Source: Rhynchobatus australiae
Taxonomy: Eukaryota
NCBI GenBank assembly: GCA_034780895.1
Contig: JAUZTB010000064.1
Coordinates: forward strand, 60,746,570-60,810,569
Reading direction: 5' to 3'
DNA: 64,000 nucleotides
Shown one piece after another: positions 55,021 through 64,000 of this stretch. Numbering within the stretch: position 1 is the stretch's first letter; the number at the start of each line of letters is the position of its first letter. The translations under genes were made by a program, and so were the position numbers. The notes beneath the pieces were generated by a model that searched no databases, was not told the DNA's origin, and worked only from the letters and a program-made list of their open reading frames with translations.

Positions 55021-55172
55021 ACATAAAACAACTGCTGTATCTTCAGGGCTCATTGACCTATAGCTAATTGCAGTAATTGAAATTGGTAATTTATATATAT
55101 AATTACAACCTGCAGATGCTGGAAGTCTGAAATAAAAACAGAAAATGCTGCAAACATTCAGCAATTAGGCAA

Positions 55173-55781
55173 TGTATTGTGAAGGGTTGTGGCTGTCATG
55201 TGACAACACTGACCCCCATCTGGTCAGATGACAACACTGACCCCATCTGGTCAGAAGACACACCACTGTCAATCAAGGTTTGGCTCCACCCCTGCCCCTC
55301 TGGGCACACCTGATCATTGGTCGCTTTAAACACCTTTGTACCTGGCCCACTTAGCCATTGGCTCTTTTGAACCACCTGGGCTGGACCACCCCAGCCCTCC
55401 AGCACTATAAAGAGTGCCGCATGTGCTTGGTTCCTTCTCTTTGTTGTTTCTGAGGGACACTGAGGTAAGCTGTACATTGCTTAAGAGTAGTTAGTTAAGG
55501 ATCCTTCTAGCATAGAGCTGATGCTTGCACTGAGTCAATGGGGGTTGTAGCTGTCATATTGTTTCTTCCTTGATTTGCTTGTGCCCAGTTTGTTGTGTGT
55601 GTGAATGCATCTCACCCTTGTTGCGATCCCCCCAAGTCTGTGATCACCTGTGTGCATGTATATGTGTGTTTTGCCCCTGTTATTTCTTCTGTGTTTGTCT
55701 TTGTAAATAAAATCATGTTAACTCCACAGACTGTGTCCAGAGTTCTTGCCCTTTAAGATCTTATGAACTTGTCCTACAACA
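55173..55781 (+). mobile_element. Putative solo LTR (609 bp)
   Basis: TGT...ACA termini with imperfect TIR (tgtattgtg / tacaaca) and flanks ggcaa/ggcag (TSD-like). It splits a host repeat (cagcaattaggca|gcaacag). Internal ~28-bp tandem repeat, ATTGG boxes at 55316 and 55357, TATAAA at 55406, AATAAA at 55706. Confidence 0.7.
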
Positions 55782-55929
55782 GGCAGCAACAGTTGAAAGA
55801 GAAAAACAAGATTACATTGTTAAGGAAATGAGCTTTCATCAGAATTGCAAAAGAGGGATGTGACCACTGGGCCAACATTTATTTGGATATGTTCTGTAAC
55901 AGGAACTTAAGAAGCAGCTGGTGGAGATC

Positions 55930-56860
55930 ATGGCCTCAGCACCACTTTCCCACACTCTCTATACCCCTTGACCCCCTTGTAGTTTAAATGTCTGTCCACC
56001 TCAGTCTTGACTATATTCAATGACCCTGCCCCCCTAGTCCTTTGAAGTAGAAAATTCCAGAGGGCCATGACCCACTAAGAGCAGAAATTTCACCTCAAAT
56101 TTGTCTTAATTGTGTGAACCCTTATTCTGAAAGTATGTCTCAGTTCAAGATACTCCCACTAGGAGAATCATTCTCTCAGCATATACCCTGAAACCTCACA
56201 GTATATTTTATGTTCCAATAAGATTGCCTCGTTCTTCTAAATTCAGCTAGGCCTGACCTGCTTAACCTTTCTTCATATGTCAACCCCTCATCCCAGGACC
56301 AACCTGGTAAACCTTCTCAGCACAGCCCCAATGCAAGTATATCCGTTCTTAAGNNNNNNNNNNNNNNNNNNNNNNNNNNNNNNNNNNNNNNNNNNNNNNN
56401 NNNNNNNNNNNNNNNNNNNNNNNNNNNNNNNNNACATCGTGTGCAATAAAGACCAATATTTCCTAATCAATTTCTGCATCTGTATGCTAACCTTTTGTGT
56501 TTCATGTACTGGGATCTCCCAGATCCCAATGTGCTGCAACATTTTGAGCTGAAGTGGATAATCTCTCTCATTCCCATAAGACTCTATCTTCCAATTTCCT
56601 GCCTGGTCACCTAATCTATCAGTATCCTTTTGCAGACTCTTTGTGTCCTCCTCAAAACTCTCTAACTGATGTATTGTTGTATCATCGGCAAATTTGGGTA
56701 CAGTACATTTGTTTCCTTTATCCAAGTTATTAACATAAACTATAAATGGCTGAGGCTCCAGAACCGATCCCGGTGACACCCTACTAGTTACTGAATGCGA
56801 ATCTGAAAATGACCTATTTATCCCAACTCACTGTTTCTATGAGTTAGCCACTCTCGTGTC
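55930..56860 (-). mobile_element. CR1 LINE RT 3' fragment
   Basis: ORF 56288-56779(-) contains PGSVLEP..F..YVNNLD...KFADDT. Confidence 0.85.
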
Positions 56861-57001
56861 CTTGGCAAAATAATACCCCCTTTATGTTATCTCCAAAGCT
56901 TCTGTCTCAAGTTAAGTATTCAATGAATCTGAATGCTGGTTGGACTGACAGTACCTAAAACCATGCATCTTACTCTTGTTTCCACCTTTTTAGCTTTAAG
57001 A

Positions 57002-57047
57002 ATGGAAGTCTTCCTTGCATTTTCTGGAATCCTCTTGGCAGTCCAAG
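57002..57047 (+). CDS. PGRP first coding exon (signal peptide)
   Basis: agaATGG; MEVFLAFSGILLAVQ-G, then g|gtaagg phase-1 donor matching the next exon. A splice acceptor (tttttag, 56993) lies just upstream. Confidence 0.72.
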
Positions 57048-57559
57048 GTAAGGAAATCAGATGCACCAATCATATTGGCATGTTACCTGTAGTGGAACAA
57101 ANNNNNNNNNNNNNNNNNNNNNNNNNNNNNNNNNNNNNNNNNNNNNNNNNNNNNNNNNNNNNNNTATGGCTCATTCCTGTTTGCCCTTGAACTGGTGGTG
57201 AACCATTTTCATGAGTCTCTGCAGTCCATGGGGTGAAGGTATTCCTGTTAGGTGGGGAGTTCTAGGATTTTGATCCTGATATATTTTCATATCAGGGTGG
57301 TTTGTGACTTGGAGGGAAGACTGGTGATGCAGTGTTCTGGGTGGCAGAGGCAGGTGATGTTGAAGAAGTATTTTCAAATGCACCTTAGCAGATGCATTGT
57401 GCCAGTGGTGGTGGGAATGAATTTTTGGAAAGATGAATGAAACAGTAATCATTGCATTAGTAGAGGATGACATTCAGCTTCACCCAGCCAGATTCCTGAC
57501 TGTCCTTGGGATAGTCTTATAACAGTGGGATAGAAGCTGTCCACTAATTCTACACTAAG

Positions 57560-57815
57560 CCTGTTTTATCTTCCCCACGTCCCCATCGACTCCTCAGATT
57601 CTACCACTCACTAGGGGCAATTTAAAGTGGCCAATTAACTTGCTGACCTGCATGTTTTTAGGATGTGGAAGGAATCCTGAGCACCCAGAGGAAACCCATG
57701 TGTTCACAGAGAGCCTGTGCAAACTCCGCACAGACAGTGCCTGAGGTCAGAGTTGGACCTGTGTCTCCGGCGCTGTGATGTAGCAGTCCTCCCAGCTGCA
57801 ACACTGTGCCTGCCA
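57560..57815 (-). mobile_element. tRNA-derived V-SINE (HE1-like)
   Basis: Reverse V-domain (gagcacccagaggaaacccatg...tgcaaactccgcacagacag) and tRNA-like head. Confidence 0.8.
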
Positions 57816-58117
57816 CCCTATGATTTACCATTTGACTTCCCTGCTAATCTCAGATGATCTCTTTACCTTTCTCACTAAAAAATATCCTCTCTGTTAACGA
57901 TAAACCAGATATTCACCAAGGCAATTTCAATAGCCCTGGGTTTTCTTTCTCTAACTGTCCTTATCAAACAGATAATTTTTATCAACAGCTTATCTTCCAT
58001 GGCATTCCTGATCTCACCCAATCAGGCATACTTCCTTTGTCCTATCCATACTGCTCCCACCCTCTCTGCAACTTAAAACCAACTCATTTCCCTCTTCCCA
58101 GTTTTGACAAAGAGTTT

Positions 58118-58455
58118 AGGGGCGGCACAGTAGCGTANNNNNNNNNNNNNNNNNNNNNNNNNNNNNNNNNNNNNNNNNNNNNNNNNNNNNNNNNNNNNNN
58201 NNNNNNNNNNNNNNNNNNNNNNNNNNNNNNNNNNNNNCGATGCTATTACAGCGCCAGCGATCGGGGTTCGATTCCTGTCGCTGTCTGTAAGGAGTTTGCG
58301 CGTTCTCCCATGTCTGCGTGGGTTTCCTCCGGGTGCTCTGGTTTCCTTCCACATTCCAAAGATGTATGTGTAGGTTAACATGGGTTTAAAATGGGCGGTG
58401 CCAACTTGTTGGGTCAAAAGGGCCTGTTATCACGCTGTAAATATAATTTAAAATT
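58118..58455 (+). mobile_element. tRNA-derived V-SINE (HE1-like), gapped
   Basis: ggcggcacagtagcg A-box region, ggttcgattcc B box, V-domain gcgtgggtttcctccgggtgctctggtttcc. Confidence 0.85.
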
Positions 58456-59027
58456 TAAAGTCTTTAACTTGAAAATTTAACTGTTTTTCTTTTTCCAGAT
58501 GCTGCCTGATATGCATTTCAGTTTTTAATGTGGGAAATACTGACAAACAGTTGTTTCTTCAGATCGGAGAAGTTGCCAGGGCTGAAGAGAGAACATTTGC
58601 TCCTTTGGAATTATCTGTACTTGGCTATACAGGGTGCAATATAAAAGCTTAGATATGACATCACGCTTAACATTAGAGAAGTGTGAAGTGAAGAATTTTG
58701 TAGGAAGAATAAGGAGAGGCAACGTGAGCCAAATGGTACCATGTTAAAGGGGGTGAAGAGCAGAGGTCTGGGGCTTTATGAAGCTGGGAAATATTATAAC
58801 ATGGGAATGCACTGCATGAGAGGATGACGGAAGTGATTCCATAACAACCTTCAAGAGTAATTGGATAAACGATTGGAGGGGTAAAATCGCAGAGCTTTGG
58901 GAAAGTGCTTGAGGAGTGAGGGTACATATAGCCTTTTTGAGAAGGGTTTCACTGGCACAATAGTGTAAATGGCCTCTGCGTCAATCTATGAATCTGACAT
59001 TTAACCGTCCATTAACATTTCTCATAG

Positions 59028-59229
59028 GTTGCCCGCACATTATAAGTCGTTCTGAATGGTCACCACGTGCTTCGCTTTGCAATAAAATACTCCCACCCTC
59101 CCGAAAGTATGCTGTGATTCACCATACTCAAGGCAAGCGCTGTTTCAGTATGGTGACGTGTAAGAAGCAACTACAAAATATCCAACATTACCACATGATC
59201 ACCCGCAAATGGTGCGACATTGGCTACAA
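59028..59229 (+). CDS. Short peptidoglycan recognition protein (PGLYRP1/PGRP-S-like) coding exon 2
   Basis: catag acceptor. CPHIISRSEW...YAVIHHTQGKRC...C..QLQNIQHYHM...WCDIGY, then aa|gtaggt donor. Confidence 0.93.
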
Positions 59230-59799
59230 GTAGGTCACTGTAAGGAAACTCTCTACGTCCCAGGAGGTTTCAATGCTTCATCTCACTTCTTTCTGCTGTC
59301 GCTTTGAAATGTGGCCTTTTGCCTTTGGATTGGCAGTAATGACTTTCATGCACATCTGAGCCATCCAGAGGGGCTCATCTCCTACAAGTGCGATGAGAGG
59401 CAGTTCAAAGTGTTTGGGTGTGGGCAGAGAAAGCTCACACCTTATTTGATATAAAAACTCACTCTGCCCAGATAACTTTTCTAGTTTTACTTCAAATTCC
59501 TCCTGGCATTTCTGATTTATTCTTTTTTTCAGTTGTCATAGGAATTATTTTTATCCTGCGTATCACTTCTGTTATCTCCAGATGAGAATTGAATGCCATA
59601 ATCAGATTTGGATTTTCTTATTCAACCTGTTTGTTTTTCTTTACTTGACTTGCAGCCATTGTCTCCTTAGTCATTGCATTTACTCTCGGTAAATCCTTCT
59701 TTATTTGCCATATTTTGCTATTTTTAATAGTCCTTGATATAGTTTTTTTAAGGTCCCTTTCCCACTTCTATGCTGCGTCACTTTAACATTGATGTCTAG

Positions 59800-59918
59800 C
59801 TTCCTCATAGGAGAAGATGGAAATATCTATGAAGGACGTGGATGGACAAAGCAAGGAGCCCATACCTATGGATACAATTCAAAAAGCCTTGGAATAAGCA
59901 TCATGGGAAACTTCATGA
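59800..59918 (+). CDS. PGRP coding exon 3
   Basis: ctag acceptor completes N. FLIGEDGNIYEGRGWTKQGAHTYGYNSKSLGISIMGNFM, then a|gtgagc donor. Confidence 0.94.
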
Positions 59919-60084
59919 GTGAGCAAATATATTTAACTATTCTGACCAAAATTTGGTTTTATACCAATTGGAGTACTAAAGCTGCTAAATTTTATGTAAT
60001 ACTTCTGATGACATTAAACTTCTGATAACGTGAAAATATTTATTGAAAGTCAAAGAACTAGGTGTACAGATAAGTTGGGTGGCT

Positions 60085-60392
60085 ACAGCCTTTTCCCCCA
60101 GGGTAGGGGAATCTAAAACGAGAGGGCATAGGTGAGAGGAGAAAGTTTTAAAGGGGACCTGAGGGGCAAGTTTTTCACACAGAGGGTGCTGGGTGTATGG
60201 AACGAGCTGCCAGAGGAAGTGGTAGAGGTGAGTTCAATTACAACCCTTAAAATACATTTGGACAGATTTATGGATAGGAAAGGTTTAGAGGGATATGGGC
60301 CAAATGCAGGCAAATGGGCCTAGCTCAGGTTGGCATGGATGAATTGTGCCAAAGAGCCTTTTTTCTGTGCTGTATAACTCTGTGACTCTATA
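60085..60392 (+). mobile_element. CR1 LINE 3' end
   Basis: FKGDLRGKFFTQRVLGVWNELPEEVVE...HLDRFM; tail tgtgctgtataactctgtgactcta. Confidence 0.88.
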
Positions 60393-60404
60393 AGTGTATA
60401 AGCT

Positions 60405-60715
60405 AGAGATCTGAAGAAAAAACAGAAAATGCTGCAAACATTCAGCACGTCAGGCAGTATCTGTCTCTATCTTTCCTCACTCCTCTATTAACCAGACAGC
60501 TCTGTAAACCTTTGTATCACTGATGTAACCGTGGTCTCACCCTATCGGAGATACTCCCCTATCCATCCCTTCCCCATCTTCTCTGCAAAGTAAAACTAAC
60601 TTGCTTTCTCACTTTCCTGGTTCTGATGAAGGTTCTTTGACCTTGAAAATTAACACTATTTGTTCCTCAACAGTTGTTGTCTGCTGAGTGTTTCCAGCAT
60701 TTTCTGTTTTCATTT
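60405..60715. mobile_element. Short non-autonomous Penelope-type element with inverted termini and hammerhead-like motif
   Basis: aaacagaaaatgctgcaaacattcagca (~60419) is inverted relative to tgctgagtgtttccagcattttctgtttt (~60682). ctgatga...gaaa at 60623-60648. Confidence 0.7.
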
Positions 60716-62487
60716 AAGAATATTAATATCTTTTTTTAAATGTCCTGGTGCATCAAAGATGTGCTTAATTCTTCATCTAATGGGCACATTAAATAAATTC
60801 AGTGTGCTGGTTGAGCACTGGAGGGTTACTCATTGAGAGAAGTAAAGTTAAAGTTCAGACTTAACCAGTTATTTGAGGCACCAGATCATTGGTTAGACAT
60901 GGGGAGCACAGCCTCCCTCTGTGCTGTTACAATTCCACCATTCTCTTCTGCGACATTTCAAGCACTGCTATTTGTGTCGTGATAAAGCAGAAAAGCCAAC
61001 CTTTTAGAGCAAGGGTCCAGATAAGCATAAAAAATATTGATTGACTTGTGTATGTGAATGAGACCCCCAGTGACAAAACAACTAGTTCCCATCTTACTCA
61101 TAAAATGAGTCCTCCCTTTCCCACCAAACCAAGAATTTGTCACCTGATTCACCAAACGTTGGATCTTTGTCCACACTTCCAATGAACAGTAGTTATGCTT
61201 GTGACATGAAAATGTGGGAGTTTCAGTTCATTATCTGACCTCGTGTTCCTTGTCCTCTTTTCAGTCTTTGTTATGGGTCATTCTTCTTCAAAGCCTTTCT
61301 CCAGCTCAGTGGGATTGTCTTCAGTTTGACTCATTCTTAGCTGTTTGATGTAGCCAGAGGATGTCACCAGTCTTTCTGCTGCCACATTTTTTTCCTCCAA
61401 GGACCTTTTGAGTATCCTTTGATTCCCAAACTTTGCATATTAACATTCTGCTTTCTTCAGTGATGCCACCCACAGAAATAAACTCAGCCTTTCCACATAT
61501 ATTAGATGCACTACCCAAACACTCTGCAACTTTTCCTCTAGGCTCTCCATTGCTTCTCTGTTATCTTTTTACATCCGATATCCAGTCTGGAATGAGCTGC
61601 AATTTTCTTCAATAAAACACAGGGCCGACTGAGACCGTTGTATTTGGCCTCTGCCACAGTTTCCATACCCTTGCCACAGATTCCATTTTCTTCCGAGTCA
61701 TGATCTCAGGCTATGCTGGACTGGTTACAATCTCACATTCCCACTTGACCACAGGCTGAATTTTGAATCCATATCCTCCCTGACATTTAAAAAAAAATCA
61801 CCTTCTATCTGCATAACATTTTCTGTTTCTGCCCATCTGCTGCCAAATCCTTCACACTGTCAACCATTCCAAAGCTCAGCTTATGCAAATCTCTGTACAC
61901 AATTCGGAGTTACCAAACGTTGGTGTGTGTGACATAGCTGCTCTATCAGTAGGAAGCAGGTGTGCAGTAACCTAATCACTCATCTGTAAAAGGACCATCT
62001 CATGGCATTTGTACCCTATGTATGTATATCTATGATAATAAACTTGAACTTGACAACTGGTAGGTTCTTAGAGAACATTGTTTATGGTTTTTTGTTTCTT
62101 TTTCTTGTAGAAGCACCTGATTTTCTTTCTCATTGCAGTCAGTGTGAACTAGCAATGGTTTTAAGCACAACGCTTTTGAGAAGTTATTTTAATATCAATA
62201 CAGTTTAGTTAAATTTAGTTGAATATTGATATAATTTTATTTGTTATTTACTTTAATGTTATTGTTTTTTATTGTCATGTAAGTTGTGTATTACTTATGT
62301 TAATTTAAGTTTATATAATTTATGTTTACAATGTGCCATGCTGCTGTTGCAAAAAAGCTAATTTTCATGGCATTTATATCCTGAGCATGTATGCCCATGA
62401 CAATTAACTTGAACTTGAGAATTTAATTGTAGAATAAATAAATGGGAAGTAAGAGGCTGCTCAGATTAATGTCCCTGTTTGCATTAG

Positions 62488-62663
62488 GTAATGCACCAAA
62501 TAACTTGGCACTAACTGCTGCCCAGAATTTGATTCGATGCTTAGCTTCGAAAGGTTATCTGGCATCCAACTATGTGCTGAAGGGCCACAGGCAGCTGGGA
62601 AGAACCAATTGTCCTGGAGATTCACTCTACAATATCATAAAGAAATGGTCGAACTGGTCCTAA
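62488..62663 (+). CDS. PGRP terminal exon; full protein 180 aa
   Basis: attag acceptor completes S (A|GT). NAPNNLALTAAQNLIRC...NYVLKGHRQLGRTNCPGDSLYNIIKKWSNWS*. Candidate AATAAA at 62950. Confidence 0.93.
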
Positions 62664-63679
62664 TGCTGTTCATAGTTTGAATGCTGTTTCTTTAAATACT
62701 ATTCTGATATTTGCTTATCTTATGCCTTTACGTGATTGACATAAACTAACGTGGAAAAGTAATGCGATTCATATTTTTGTGAAGTGTATCTGCCCTACAT
62801 GCATAATATACTGCTTCATTCTTATGCCAAACAGCTTTTTAAATGTATGTGGTAACTTTGACATTCTTTGTCTTTATGAGTAATACATGGATATATGATG
62901 GCTATGTCTTTGGAACTGTAATTTTCAATATAATACATCAAATCATCGCAATAAATTAGTGAAAATATAAATCCAAAAATGAGGCCAGATTGTCTTGCTG
63001 TTGATATGTAGTGTGCCATGAGCACCATCTGCTGGGCACATTGAATGGTCAATTATCAAGGGATGCACAAACACACCTAAAATCAAGTGTGAACACAATT
63101 TGGATGAGAATTATACACCAGCAGCCACATTTACTTCCAATGACTTCTACACTTCTTGCAGGTGCTTGTCTGGAAGTATCCCTCATACTGTGGGCGTTCT
63201 ATGTGCAATGTACAACAGCCTCTATATACCAGTAAGACATAGTTTGTTTAAAGAAGCATTTCAGAATATATATGTTTTCTGCCCTGGAATTTAATCACAA
63301 GCAATAATTGATGTAACAGAGATGGTGCGCCCAAGCTCAGCTGCCCGGTGTGGGCTGAGTCTTTGGGATTTTGAGTAGCTATTTCTCTGAGTGTTGCCTT
63401 TTAATCACTTCCTGTCCTGCACAAAAATCATAGGTCATTCTTTCTCTCCCTGACAGTATTTGTTGGCTTTACTCTTCTAATGTGAGGTCATCAACCAGAT
63501 ACATTAATCTCACCTTCCTCTCATTACAGACCCTGCCTGGCCTTCACTTGCAATCTGTCTGCCAGTGAAGCCTTTCTTGCTGCTTGGGATCAGTGTAGTA
63601 GACAATGACAAACCGCTGGAAATAAAGACAGAAAATGCTGCAAACACTCAGCAGGTCAGGTCTGTGGGAAGAAAAACAA

Positions 63680-63716
63680 GGTTAATGTTTCAGGTCAAAG
63701 ACTCTTCATCAGAATT
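63680..63716 (-). ncRNA. Minimal type I hammerhead ribozyme-like motif within a repeat
   Basis: Minus strand AAUU CUGAUGA AGAGUC UUU GACCU GAAA CAUU AAC. Core boxes intact and stem II pairs; stems I and III are degraded. Confidence 0.5.
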
Positions 63717-64000
63717 GGGAAAGAGGGATAAAGATTGCAGACCTGCACAGCAGATCACTTGGTGTTGGGGATGTCACCTGTTGCATCCTGGGGGAAAAAA
63801 CAGATCACAAAAACCCAGAATGTTTCTGATCATCCCAAACAAAGAAACATCCAATCTTTAGATTAGCTGAGTTGCAGTTGATCCTGGAGCAGGTGGCAAG
63901 AGCACTTTAGAAGCTCCCTAATAAAGTGGATCCTCCCTACACAGACCACCTTGGTCAACTGCAGGCAAAACATTGTGCTGGGATATATGGTAGGATAGGA

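Noticed and set aside
58118-58280. tRNA gene suggested by the ggttcgattcc B box
   Set aside because: Continues directly into a V-SINE central domain, so it is a SINE head.

Overview
Vertebrate genomic DNA, most likely an elasmobranch (shark/ray), inferred from HE1/V-SINE-like, CR1 and Penelope-type repeats. It comes from a gappy draft assembly. Four spliced protein-coding genes can be reconstructed exon by exon with consistent splice phases. (1) The 3' end of FRYL on +: 8 exons from 4196 to the stop at 34963, including an 18-nt microexon at 20983-21000. (2) Complete ZAR1 on -: 4 exons, 41512-39467, 341 aa, with a GC-AG second intron. (3) Complete SLC10A4 on -: 3 exons, 50501-42168, 400 aa. 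(4) A short secreted peptidoglycan-recognition protein on +: 4 coding exons, 57002-62663, 180 aa, with a PGLYRP1-like cysteine pattern and an intact Zn-amidase site. The SLC10A4-ZAR1-FRYL order and orientation match mammalian synteny, but the PGRP sits where SLAIN2 is the next gene in mammals. Three non-genic signals stand out: a highly dispersed Penelope-associated repeat carrying minimal type I hammerhead-ribozyme motifs; a solo LTR with TATA box and splice donor positioned to act as the PGRP promoter and first exon; and a tandem duplication whose copies differ by a 30-bp micro-inversion. All calls were made by eye; repeat boundaries are approximate.
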